From a virus (lineage: Duplodnaviria; Caudoviricetes), in the IMG/VR virus record IMGVR_UViG_3300034130_000054, positions 1 to 40,549 of that record: DNA of 40,549 bases, one strand, 5' to 3'. Below, one piece after another: positions 26,325-35,273 of this stretch. How positions within the stretch are numbered: position 1 is the first letter of the stretch; each line of letters starts with the position of its first letter. The notes under the pieces were generated by a model. That model made no database searches. It worked only from the letters and a program-made list of their open reading frames with translations, and was not told the origin of the DNA. Both the position numbers and the translations under genes were made by a program.

Positions 26325-27577
26325 TTAAGCCAACCCCATTCTTCAAGTTGTTTAATGTCCCCCTCAACGCGGAGACCGATATCTCGCCGGTATTGCTTAT
26401 CGCCAACCCGGATGTTGTCAAGTGTGCGATAGACTCGTCGACGGGCCATAGCTACGTCTTCACCTCGAGCGGTCGCCACAAGAGTTAATCCATCAGCACC
26501 GCCCGTCTTGAAGAACTTATCCTCCTTATTAAGGCAAACATCACAGAGCCATAAATGGCTGATATTGTTCTCGTTAACCCCAAGAATAGGCTCGCCCCAT
26601 ACACCTTTTAAGCCAGGCGCTTCTGTTGGGTAGGGAGGCACTGTAAGCCGCACACCGATTAGGTAGTCTGGTGAAATCTCCATCTTTTCCATACGGCCAA
26701 GAGCTATTTCTTGGAAAAAATCACCAACACCGCCTCGGACTCCCTCAAGTAGAGCCTCAATAGCATCATACCCCAACCGCGCGGTCGCTTCTAGCGCGAA
26801 TGCGCCCTTCGCGTTAACTATACAGTTCACGTCGAGCGGCCCTCTATAGCCCGCGCGGACGAGGAAGGGCTTCATCCTTTCGACGGTTGCCTTCGTTAGA
26901 CGATTGCTCTCCCGAGCAATTACCACATTCCCCGCGCAGCCCGTGTTAGGGCCAAGATTGCCCTCCATAAAACGCTTTTCCTCGAAGGTGTGGTTAAACG
27001 GCTTAATAAAATCCCGACCGTTAAACCAACCCTCTGTGGAAACCTCAACCCCTTTAATAATCCTTTGCACGATTATACTTGTCGCGGCCTTATACTGATC
27101 AAAGACCCACTCAAGTTGATCAGGGTCCTTCACCAAGCGAGTTGTGGCACAGCCGAGGTTACCATCAGCTTTCACGACAAACCCTTCACCCCAATCTAGC
27201 CCAACAAAGAACCCATGGGCTTTTTCCGCTGAGGAGAAAGACCAAGTTTCTGGCACCTCAATCCCAACCTCCGCGAAAAGTCTCATTCCTTCCGCGCGAT
27301 CAAGCTCAAGTTTATCCATCGCCGGTGAGCAGGCTATGTAAGGTTTACCAAAAGTCTTAAAGGTCTTTTCAAAGGAGCCTACCCCAACCATATCCACAAG
27401 GATGAAGTCGCACCACCGCAGTTTTTCACGCCAGCTCTCGGGTCTTTCAACAATGCCAAAACCCGAGTGCTTATAGGCCGGATCCTTGATCCACATCGCG
27501 ACATGGTGGCCCTCAAAAGCCATCCGCTGGGCTAACCCTTGAGCGTCGCCTAACTTGGATATAATGAGAATATTCAT
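26321..27577 (-). CDS. Divergent PurD (GAR synthetase)-like ATP-grasp ligase
   Basis: KLELDR, FVVKADG, GVEVS, EEKR...GNLGPNTGCAG, EATARLG, C-terminal QYRRDIG. Confidence 0.85.
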   Translation of the reverse strand: MNILIISKLGDAQGLAQRMAFEGHHVAMWIKDPAYKHSGFGIVERPESWREKLRWCDFILVDMVGVGSFEKTFKTFGKPYIACSPAMDKLELDRAEGMRLFAEVGIEVPETWSFSSAEKAHGFFVGLDWGEGFVVKADGNLGCATTRLVKDPDQLEWVFDQYKAATSIIVQRIIKGVEVSTEGWFNGRDFIKPFNHTFEEKRFMEGNLGPNTGCAGNVVIARESNRLTKATVERMKPFLVRAGYRGPLDVNCIVNAKGAFALEATARLGYDAIEALLEGVRGGVGDFFQEIALGRMEKMEISPDYLIGVRLTVPPYPTEAPGLKGVWGEPILGVNENNISHLWLCDVCLNKEDKFFKTGGADGLTLVATARGEDVAMARRRVYRTLDNIRVGDKQYRRDIGLRVEGDIKQLEEWGWLK

Positions 27578-27930
27578 CTCGCATTCCAGGGCTTGAAAGA
27601 AAGAAGTCGCTCCGGCGGGAAATCAGACCACTTCCCTGTGAAGGTCAATGCCCGATCGTCGATCGTCACGAAGGCAGGCGGCTTCTCTTTCCAAAACTCG
27701 ACGCAGGCAGGCAAACCCCATTTAACCCACCAGACTTTCATTGCATCAAGACCTGGCTCTTGCCCAGAACGACTTGAGTAAACCACAAGGCGAAAATGCT
27801 TACTGGCTTCTTGGAGCCAATTCGCAAGTCCCTCAGTCGGACCGTCAGCTATCTCTGCGATACCTTTCCATCCCGAGCTATAACTATGCAATACACCGTC
27901 GAAGTCAAGCACAACGATTGGCTTTCTCAT
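27574..27930 (-). CDS. HAD-superfamily phosphatase / nucleotidase-like protein
   Basis: VLDFDGVLH (motif I), YSSR (II), KPPA (III), IDDRA (IV). Confidence 0.8.
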   Translation of the reverse strand: MRKPIVVLDFDGVLHSYSSGWKGIAEIADGPTEGLANWLQEASKHFRLVVYSSRSGQEPGLDAMKVWWVKWGLPACVEFWKEKPPAFVTIDDRALTFTGKWSDFPPERLLSFKPWNAR

Positions 27931-27934
27931 GATC

Positions 27935-29533
27935 CTACTCCACATGAGGCTCAATCGGCAAAGCTGCTAGCCCGCCCTGGCGATACCGTGCGACTAGCTC
28001 GTCGATCGCGCGCCCCGCCTCGAAGGTCTGCCGCGTTGTTAGAGAGCGCGCCCGCCGATCTCTCTCCCGCGCGCCTGCGAACAGCCGAGCGGCCCTCGGC
28101 CGCGCATAAGCCGCGAGTGCCCCAGCCATAACGCAATCATCATGGCAACCTTCCTCAGCCTCCATTTGCCCCGCTGCCTTTTGGACGAAGGAACTAGTCT
28201 CCATCCGAAAGACCTCGCTGTGGATTGTGAGGTCCTGCCGTAGTTGCTGTTGAAGGGCTCCGATCATGAGCGCCTTCATGACGCTGGTTGTATAGGTGCC
28301 ATATTCGGCAAGTGTAGCTACCTCATTGCCCTCTATCCGACCTGAAGAAGCGCGCCCTTGATGGATGCGCTTTCGAGGATAGTTCGAGGCGAGGAGCTGC
28401 TTAACAAAGAGAATACCCTGGTTGTTCCTCTCGGGGTTTATATAGGCCATATTAAACTCAGTACAAAGTTCCGCCGCAATGTCCGCGAAGCGGTCCGGCT
28501 CTATCCCATTATTACGATACTCAAGAACCTGTTCACCCGTTTCCGCCTCGAAGATCTCGAGAACCTGGAAATCCTGCCCCACACCAGCACTCACGTCCAC
28601 GCCCGCGACGTAGCCAACGCTGGGTTTTGGATGGTCACGCAAGCGACTAAGCCAAGGGCTTTCCGCCTGCCAATCCGGCGTGGAGACAAAATTCACTTCA
28701 GGAAATAGACTAAAGCCCGTCCCCTGGAAGCACTCATCAAGGGTAATAGGATAGTTCTCCTTGAAGAGACGCATGTCATAATTTAGCTCAGCCAACTTCA
28801 TCCGCCGCCACATTAGCTGCCCTGCCGAGAGGCCCGCCGCCGCATAGCGCGGTTCCTCGAGGGTAGCGTCAAGTCGCTTCATGAAGTTAGCAGCTGCGAC
28901 CTCCGTCATATCAAGGGAATACTCTGGAACTTTAAGCCAGTTGAAGAAGTGCAACTTATAACCCACACCAGTCGTCGCCCGCATCACAGCTTTGTGGAAC
29001 CAATTTCCCATGCCATGGCCAGTACTCTCGATTAAGACATTGCCACTCGGAGGAACTGCCTGGAAAAGACCTGAAAGAAGATTATCGACGCCGGCCCACC
29101 GGCTTACCTCACTACAATGCAAATCGGTTATGGTATCTCCCACGCCATAGTCTCCACTCCCGGCGGTCCCGATAAAGATTGAACTATCTGTCTTGTTAAA
29201 GACAATATAGTTCTGCGTGGAGTATTTAAGGTCAGGTTCGGGAGCTTTAAGCCACTTGATCATATAGTGAATGCGATCGAGCAACTTCCGCGTTGTGTCC
29301 GTGTTGTGGGCAATTATAACATGCCGGCGATTTCGATAGCCAAGGCACCGCACTAGCGCGCGTCCGAGGGGATAGGTCGAGAAGCCACCCTGACGATACT
29401 TAGCGATGATATCCCGCCCCGTCATTGCATCGTCGAAGGCAGCTTGATCCTGATTGAGAAGAAAATCTACATCCCGGCCCTCCTTGTCGGGGATGCGGAG
29501 CAATGTCTCGATCAGTAGGCGCTCGGAGGTCAT
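27935..29533 (-). CDS. terL: Terminase large subunit
   Basis: LNQDQ, KYRQGGFST, LHCSEV, IESTGHG, AGVDVSAGVGQD, ERNN, CHDDCVMA. Confidence 0.92.
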   Translation of the reverse strand: MTSERLLIETLLRIPDKEGRDVDFLLNQDQAAFDDAMTGRDIIAKYRQGGFSTYPLGRALVRCLGYRNRRHVIIAHNTDTTRKLLDRIHYMIKWLKAPEPDLKYSTQNYIVFNKTDSSIFIGTAGSGDYGVGDTITDLHCSEVSRWAGVDNLLSGLFQAVPPSGNVLIESTGHGMGNWFHKAVMRATTGVGYKLHFFNWLKVPEYSLDMTEVAAANFMKRLDATLEEPRYAAAGLSAGQLMWRRMKLAELNYDMRLFKENYPITLDECFQGTGFSLFPEVNFVSTPDWQAESPWLSRLRDHPKPSVGYVAGVDVSAGVGQDFQVLEIFEAETGEQVLEYRNNGIEPDRFADIAAELCTEFNMAYINPERNNQGILFVKQLLASNYPRKRIHQGRASSGRIEGNEVATLAEYGTYTTSVMKALMIGALQQQLRQDLTIHSEVFRMETSSFVQKAAGQMEAEEGCHDDCVMAGALAAYARPRAARLFAGARERDRRARSLTTRQTFEAGRAIDELVARYRQGGLAALPIEPHVE

Positions 29534-30298
29534 TTAAGCACCCGCCGCAAAGGAAGCTACATCCTCACACAACCGTTCGTAGTCTATCCCCGCGATAGGG
29601 CGCCAAAGAACAGCATGCGTTTCAACCTTTCGACTTTTAATCCACCGCCATGTCGCTGGGTGGACCTTTCCCCAGGTCGCGAGATAGACCAAATCAGTAT
29701 CCTCAAGACCATTATAGTAAAGTTCATCCGCGCAGTGCCCTCCCCAAGACCCCGGCGTGGAGTCGCCTGCGCTCGCGGGCGTGGCAGTATCCCAAACGTC
29801 TGCCTCCTGGTCAGCTAGGGCAAGATCAAACCCACTATAGCACCATCCAACATTGCTCATAACCCGCGCAGCCATTATACGATCTTGAGGGTCGAAAGTA
29901 GCCCATGGACCTGTCAGCGGCATTTGATCCTCGGCGAGCCAAGCCTTCTGCGATTGACTAGTAAGAACGTCCAATAGGCGAACGCCTTGATCGCTTTTAG
30001 GATCATCCGGCCGGTAGCCAAACCTCTCATAAAGGGCGACCACTTGGTCCGTCGAGATATCAATCGAAAAGTCCTGAAGGGCAGCTTCTGCTCGCGCGCC
30101 ATTTGCTATCCCAACCGCGCCACAATCACCGAGCACGTCGTTCCTATCGAGCCCCGGCTGATATAGAATGTTCTCGCGATGAAGCCGCCAAGGAGGCGCC
30201 GCCAACACTCGGAACCTCCCCTCAAGTTGCGGCGCCCGCGCTACTTGCGCAGAGTCATAGGGTAGCCGACCAAGTTGCATCCCACGAAAGTTTGTCAT
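29534..30298 (-). CDS. Papain-like cysteine peptidase (putative)
   Basis: NDVLGDCG (catalytic Cys), DQG, WGGHC (catalytic His), TWG. Confidence 0.7.
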   Translation of the reverse strand: MTNFRGMQLGRLPYDSAQVARAPQLEGRFRVLAAPPWRLHRENILYQPGLDRNDVLGDCGAVGIANGARAEAALQDFSIDISTDQVVALYERFGYRPDDPKSDQGVRLLDVLTSQSQKAWLAEDQMPLTGPWATFDPQDRIMAARVMSNVGWCYSGFDLALADQEADVWDTATPASAGDSTPGSWGGHCADELYYNGLEDTDLVYLATWGKVHPATWRWIKSRKVETHAVLWRPIAGIDYERLCEDVASFAAGA

Positions 30299-30320
30299 GA
30301 TAGACTACCCCTCTTGAGCG

Positions 30321-30827
30321 TTACTTCACCATTGCGCCCTGAAGGATAAGGCGCGCCTCGGCCGGCGTGTATTCAGGCACCACGATAGAGGGTATCGCGC
30401 TCGTCACGCCATACTCAGAAAGCAGCGACGAAATAAGCGATATTGCCGCGTTGACGAGGGGCGTAACCGTGCTGACGAGCGCAGAGCTCCCAGGAATTAG
30501 CGAAAGAAGCAACGGCGCTGCCACCTTAACGGCAGCCTCTATCGACTGGGCGAGGTTCGCCCCCGTCGCAACAGTTGCCGAGGCGATCGCAGTAGCAGCC
30601 GCCTGGGCAGTCGCGACATAGCCCTGGAGTTGGGCGATGAGCGCGCTTGAGACACCGGGGATAGTTTGCACGGCGGCCAGCGCCGCTGCGATGCCCGAGG
30701 CGATCAATGCGGCATCCGTTGCCCCTTGCGAAACGGTCGTGGTAGAGGTACTACACGCCCCAAGTCCAGCGGCTGTCAGGATCGCGGCGGTAGAGATGCC
30801 CCCGAGGGCGCGACGAGAGATGTTCAT
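30321..30827 (-). CDS. Lipoprotein with twin-arginine-like signal; possible spanin-like lysis component
   Basis: MNISRRALGG...LGAC lipobox. AGGAG RBS. Ala-rich amphipathic helices. Confidence 0.6.
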   Translation of the reverse strand: MNISRRALGGISTAAILTAAGLGACSTSTTTVSQGATDAALIASGIAAALAAVQTIPGVSSALIAQLQGYVATAQAAATAIASATVATGANLAQSIEAAVKVAAPLLLSLIPGSSALVSTVTPLVNAAISLISSLLSEYGVTSAIPSIVVPEYTPAEARLILQGAMVK

Positions 30828-30831
30828 GAGA

Positions 30832-31245
30832 TTACTCCTTGATAATTTCGGCGATCTTCGTCTGACCGACAATGAGTTCAGTATGGTTCGCCGCCGTCAC
30901 CGCATCGACGTGGGTATCGCGAGCAACCTGAGTCGTCTGCGCGACTCTGATAGCTGCCACGTCATGTGCAACAGCGGCGATATCCGCGATAATGGCGGAG
31001 GCAGCGGCCCAATTCCTCGCCGCCACGGCGGCAATCATGTCGCCGGCCAACTTATTCACGTCGGCCTGGGTAGTCGGCGCCTCCGGTAGCACCATGGCGA
31101 GAGCGCCACAGACTCCCGTTGCGATACCCACTGCCAGTGTAGCATTGCCGCTCACCAGATAGGTGACAACGCCGGCGGCAGTCCCAACGAATAGACCAAT
31201 ACCAAGAATGGTAGAGGGCTGTTGCACCCATGTTTTGAAAGTCAT
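30832..31245 (-). CDS. Holin-like membrane protein
   Basis: WVQQPSTILG followed by two hydrophobic segments. Adjacent to the lysozyme. Confidence 0.6.
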   Translation of the reverse strand: MTFKTWVQQPSTILGIGLFVGTAAGVVTYLVSGNATLAVGIATGVCGALAMVLPEAPTTQADVNKLAGDMIAAVAARNWAAASAIIADIAAVAHDVAAIRVAQTTQVARDTHVDAVTAANHTELIVGQTKIAEIIKE

Positions 31246-31733
31246 GCGTCATCTCCTGTTGTTTTATCCGGCGCCTTAAACAGTGCTGTCTCAGCCACTC
31301 GACGCCGGAGTAGCCCAGCTACAACCACCCCGCCGGAGTGATCCCATCGGTCGATCTCTGCGGCCGCGCCCTCATAGTCCCCAGCATTCAACTTCTTTAA
31401 CAACGTCGAGCTACGAAACGCGCCGATGCCGATGTTATAGGCCAAATCCGCAAGTGCAGCCACCTGATCTATTGTAAGCCAAACCCTGACGGACTCCGCG
31501 ACCGCGACCGCGACGCGGTGCAACTCGTTCGCCATCCACAATCGTGCTATAGACAAGGATATTGGCGGATCAGTCAAGCGGATCAGTGTCTTGCCATCTC
31601 CATTTCGTGTCGTCGAGCCAAACCCCTGTGTTACCACGGGGGGATTAGCCATTGTGTCGAGGTAAGGACGCGCCGAAAATCCCTCGAAGGGCTCAGCCAA
31701 GGATTCTGCCTTTTGCTCCGGTGTTTCACTCAT
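31242..31733 (-). CDS. Endolysin, GH24 lysozyme
   Basis: FEG...YLD...TQGFG catalytic region, AYNIG, STLLKKLN, GLLRRR. Confidence 0.92.
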   Translation of the reverse strand: MSETPEQKAESLAEPFEGFSARPYLDTMANPPVVTQGFGSTTRNGDGKTLIRLTDPPISLSIARLWMANELHRVAVAVAESVRVWLTIDQVAALADLAYNIGIGAFRSSTLLKKLNAGDYEGAAAEIDRWDHSGGVVVAGLLRRRVAETALFKAPDKTTGDDA

Positions 31734-32014
31734 TTTCTACCCCTTAGCATGCTTTGTATATCCTCCACGCCGCGCTTAATGCTGCCGATATCCCCGGCAA
31801 CCAAGACTTGGTTACGCTCTAGTGCTTCGAGGCGTTGTGAGTGCTCCTTAACCGTATCATTGAGGGCGGACTCGGTCGCCGCTGATACCCCAGACCCTCG
31901 AATGAGGTCAAACGCCCATCCCAGCGAGACACCGAGAAAGGCAGTCAGCACAATCCCAATAATCCACTTGGAAACGTATATGTTTGCCTCACCGCCCTGA
32001 CCAACATTCGGCAT
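31730..32014 (-). CDS. Membrane-anchored coiled-coil protein
   Basis: One TM segment (WIIGIVLTAFLGVSLGW) followed by a heptad pattern. Confidence 0.6.
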   Translation of the reverse strand: MPNVGQGGEANIYVSKWIIGIVLTAFLGVSLGWAFDLIRGSGVSAATESALNDTVKEHSQRLEALERNQVLVAGDIGSIKRGVEDIQSMLRGRK

Positions 32015-32097
32015 TGTCGATATCCTTTTGGCGAGCATAGTAGGCGCTCTTTATTATTTCCCCACCAAGGGATTCTCGGAGGGCTACACCGTTGAAT

Positions 32098-32256
32098 TCA
32101 CAGCCGGACGCTCAGCAAAAGCACGATCAGCACCAATAGCAAGATACCACCCATACCGCCGAGCCCACTGCAAAGGCCAGGATGCCAGCCAACATGATAG
32201 CCATATCCGCCTCCGAACAGGAGTAGAATGACGATCAGGAGAATGACGAAGTTCAT
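32098..32256 (-). CDS. Small two-TM protein, DUF3309-like (absent from the ORF track)
   Basis: MNFVILLIVILLLFGGGYGYHVGWHPGLCSGLGGMGGILLLVLIVLLLSVRL*, 52 aa. Confidence 0.7.
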   Translation of the reverse strand: MNFVILLIVILLLFGGGYGYHVGWHPGLCSGLGGMGGILLLVLIVLLLSVRL

Positions 32257-32265
32257 GGGTACTTC

Positions 32266-32841
32266 CTAGTGAAAATGCCCGATAAGTGCAACGGCGAGAG
32301 AGATGACAGTAGCAACAAGAACGGCGGCGGCGATGGCAACCCCAGTATCGAGACGATGCTCGTTCTTCTGCGTAGCTGCACCAGTGCCTGTTCCCTCTCC
32401 ACGATCCACTCTGCCCGTTAAGGCACTTAACTGACTGCTAATCCCCGCGAAATTGCTATTGAATAGGGTGGATAGCCCGTCGATTTGCTTCGCCGTGGAG
32501 ATATTTTGCGCGTTCGCGGCTTCTTTCTGGGCTTGTAACGCTGCCGCTGTTGCCGTGCCGGTGTCCTTCTTTTGCTCGTCCACGCGATCGGCTTGATCGA
32601 GGAACCGACGTTCGATCCCCCGAAACCGTTCTTCGAGCAATTCTCGAAGATGCCTGATCTGGCGTTCAACGTCCGTCGATAGCGTTGGAGCGGATGAGGC
32701 AAGAACCGAGATGGCCTTATCCATACCATCCAGCCGCGTTTCGATCAATTCGCGTTGGGCATGCAAACGTTCAGTCAACTGCTCAGTTGTCAGTCGCGTC
32801 GGATCTGGGTGAGGCGTAATATCCTGTCGTGGGTCGTCCAT
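32266..32841 (-). CDS. Coiled-coil protein with C-terminal TM
   Basis: PDPTRLTTEQL...RLDGMDKA...hydrophobic tail. AGGAG upstream of ATG 32841. Confidence 0.7.
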   Translation of the reverse strand: MDDPRQDITPHPDPTRLTTEQLTERLHAQRELIETRLDGMDKAISVLASSAPTLSTDVERQIRHLRELLEERFRGIERRFLDQADRVDEQKKDTGTATAAALQAQKEAANAQNISTAKQIDGLSTLFNSNFAGISSQLSALTGRVDRGEGTGTGAATQKNEHRLDTGVAIAAAVLVATVISLAVALIGHFH

Positions 32842-32915
32842 TGTATTTCGTGCTCCTATCAAGCCGCTGCCCGCAAGATACAAGGCACCTTGTGCCTTGT
32901 GCCTTACGCCTGGGC

Positions 32916-33329
32916 TCAGGTCGGCGGCACAGCCAGGAGCGCGTTCGCCTGGGCCTGGGTCATATACGACTTCGATACGCAATAGTTAAGCAACGTCGCG
33001 AGGGCCGGTTGCGTCACATCAACGATGCCGCCGTTCGTCACCACACCGTTCATCCAAGCATTGTAGTTGTCTGCTAAGGTGGTATCGCTCACCATCTTGG
33101 ACCACATACCCAGGCGGATCGCCTGAGGCACCATAGCCATATACTGTGGCAGCGGCATCACCGGGGAAGGTGGCAGGATCGGCGGAACCCAGTCTGCTGG
33201 GGCCATACCAGAGAAGGCAGCATTTGCCTGGGCCTGACTGCACGGACCCATCATGATTCCTCCACGGCTCCAGGAGCCGTCGGCATTTCCGGTTACGGTC
33301 GCCCCGAAGGCGTCGATGAATGTGGTCAT
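32916..33329 (-). CDS. Hypothetical protein, possible fibre chaperone
   Basis: 137 aa, directly after the Gly-rich fibre-like gene. AGGAG RBS. Confidence 0.6.
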   Translation of the reverse strand: MTTFIDAFGATVTGNADGSWSRGGIMMGPCSQAQANAAFSGMAPADWVPPILPPSPVMPLPQYMAMVPQAIRLGMWSKMVSDTTLADNYNAWMNGVVTNGGIVDVTQPALATLLNYCVSKSYMTQAQANALLAVPPT

Positions 33330-34834
33330 TACAAGGCTCCTTGCGCAGTAGCGCCTACCCCACCTGTGCCGCCAGTGACGCCGGATGGTGCGGTGCCACT
33401 AGTCCGCCCAGTCGCGCCTTGGGGCGTGACAACCAGGGTGCTCGATGGGGCACTAATAACATCAAGTTGGTAGCCGCCGGCCGACGATCCAGCGGAGATC
33501 AAACCACCGCCGCCGGTTCCCACGCCATTTCCGCCATTGCCGGAATTACCTCCACTAACATCTACCGCATTAGCGATCGGGCTGCCGGTCAGAATCTCAG
33601 CAATGATATGCACCCATCCACCGCCACCTCCCTGCCCGCTACCACCACCACCTGCATTGCCGCCGGCAGCGAGGCCCCCATTGCCGCCGTTGCCGCCCTT
33701 GGCTTGGATGATGCTGGTGTTCGTATTCGAGCCTCGGGCGATCACGCGGCAGGCCAGAAGAATATTGCCGCCGCCGAGGCCGCCATTACCACCAGCCCCG
33801 CCTTTGTTGGTGCCATCACCTCCTCCAGCACCTCCAGCGGGGCCAGATGCAGATGAATGAAAGACGCTGCCCCCGTCGCTAAAATTATTCCAAAAGAGCA
33901 AGGGGACTGGTAATGACGCGGTCGTTACTACTGGCGATCCTTGTGCGCCGCCAGCGCCGCCGGCATAGCCGGAACCAGTACCTCCGCTCGATCCAACACC
34001 TGGAGACCCTCCGCCAAAAGCGTTTACAGTAGAAGACCCAGCACCGTTTGCGCCAATCCCAGTGCCTCCCGCCCCCCCGAGCGGGGTAGCATTCAATGGC
34101 GAGTAAGACCCCACCAGTCCAGCAGAATTGATGCCGGGGATATTGACTCCCGACCCCGGTGTAAAGCCCGACGCTGAATTTCCAGCGGGGCCATTATTGA
34201 CTATGGCGGCCGTGGGCGCGGCGGAAAGGTCACATGTGCCAGTCGCCTGAATTGGCTCATTCGCCGTCACGATCTGGCATGAGCCATTAATCGTGACGTT
34301 TGTGTACTGCATCCCTCTCGCCAAGGTTGTCGTACCGGAGGAACAAGTAAGCGCCCCGTCTGAGCCCATCCCGAAGATCGGAGAGTACATGGGAGCTACG
34401 AACGCCGCCGTGGCCACTTTCGTGCTGTTATTGCCCGCTGCTGGCGTGGTCGCTGTCGTGCCATTCGGAAGTACCATCCCCGCTCCACAGCCCGCGACCG
34501 CGCCAGCCGCGCCAGTGCCGCATTCGGGAGCCGAGGTAGCAACCGAGGGGATGGCCGTGGCTAACGCCGCAGCCGGGACTGCTGAGGCCGGGGCGAGAAC
34601 GCCAGCCACGCCCGTGCCAACATAGACCTGCGACGATGTGCCGGAGGGAAGGCCGCCCGCTACGAACGCGGTCGTGGCCACCTTCGTGCTGTTGTCGCCA
34701 ACAGGCTGCGTTACTGCCGTTATGTAGCCCGCTGCTAGACCCGGCCCAAGTCCGCCGGTTGCGGGCTGCCCAAAAGCAAGCCCACTCGCCGCTAAAAGTC
34801 CACCAAGAGCTACACCGCCCCGAAGCCACCTCAT
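33329..34834 (-). CDS. Glycine-rich fibre-like protein with N-terminal signal peptide
   Basis: Two NSTKVAT(T/A)AFV fibre repeats, FGMGSDG, long GGxGG tract. N-terminus MRWLRGGVALGGLLAASGLAFG. Confidence 0.75.
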   Translation of the reverse strand: MRWLRGGVALGGLLAASGLAFGQPATGGLGPGLAAGYITAVTQPVGDNSTKVATTAFVAGGLPSGTSSQVYVGTGVAGVLAPASAVPAAALATAIPSVATSAPECGTGAAGAVAGCGAGMVLPNGTTATTPAAGNNSTKVATAAFVAPMYSPIFGMGSDGALTCSSGTTTLARGMQYTNVTINGSCQIVTANEPIQATGTCDLSAAPTAAIVNNGPAGNSASGFTPGSGVNIPGINSAGLVGSYSPLNATPLGGAGGTGIGANGAGSSTVNAFGGGSPGVGSSGGTGSGYAGGAGGAQGSPVVTTASLPVPLLFWNNFSDGGSVFHSSASGPAGGAGGGDGTNKGGAGGNGGLGGGNILLACRVIARGSNTNTSIIQAKGGNGGNGGLAAGGNAGGGGSGQGGGGGWVHIIAEILTGSPIANAVDVSGGNSGNGGNGVGTGGGGLISAGSSAGGYQLDVISAPSSTLVVTPQGATGRTSGTAPSGVTGGTGGVGATAQGAL

Positions 34835-35139
34835 TACACAACCTCCGCAACAAGATTTGTCGTTCCGTCGCCGCCGGTAAAGACGAAGCGGAGCCGCCTA
34901 AATCTTGCTTGGAACCATGTGTCGCCCACCGAGCCAGCCTGAAGCGCGACCGGAGCGAACCACCTTGCTGCGGCGTCTGAAACGTTCGACCCGTCGGGGC
35001 TATACTGGACCTGGAGAGAGCCTGCGGCTCCCATCGTCCCGCTAATGTAGAGATGCCATGCTTGCACCTGAAAATGGTTGCCGGGGTCTGTTGGGAAGAA
35101 TGAAGGACTTACGCCCGCTGCCGTGAAAGAAGCTTTCAT
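34834..35139 (-). CDS. Small beta-rich hypothetical protein
   Basis: 101 aa. LQVQYSPDG...W...RRLRFVF. Confidence 0.65.
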   Translation of the reverse strand: MKASFTAAGVSPSFFPTDPGNHFQVQAWHLYISGTMGAAGSLQVQYSPDGSNVSDAAARWFAPVALQAGSVGDTWFQARFRRLRFVFTGGDGTTNLVAEVV

Positions 35140-35165
35140 CTTTTAAGCCCTCTATCCTATTTACT

Positions 35166-35273
35166 TTACGGCGCCTTTGGGTCTGCTGGCTTCTGCGCTG
35201 CGTTTATCTGCTGCTGGGCCAGGGTGACGATCGGGAGAACGAGGGAAGCAGCGAGGGCAAGGATGCGCATCAT
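35166..35273 (-). CDS. 35-aa peptide with signal-peptide-like N-terminus (absent from the ORF track)
   Basis: MMRILALAASLVLPIVTLAQQQINAAQKPADPKAP*, ATGA-coupled to the upstream gene. Confidence 0.5.
   Translation of the reverse strand: MMRILALAASLVLPIVTLAQQQINAAQKPADPKAP

Noticed and set aside
26321-27577. PurZ / Z-genome pathway
   Set aside because: PurZ is a PurA paralogue, whereas this protein is ATP-grasp PurD-like. No PurA-like or DatZ-like gene was recognised.
33329-34834. Diversity-generating retroelement target
   Set aside because: No reverse transcriptase and no template/variable repeat pair differing at adenines was seen.
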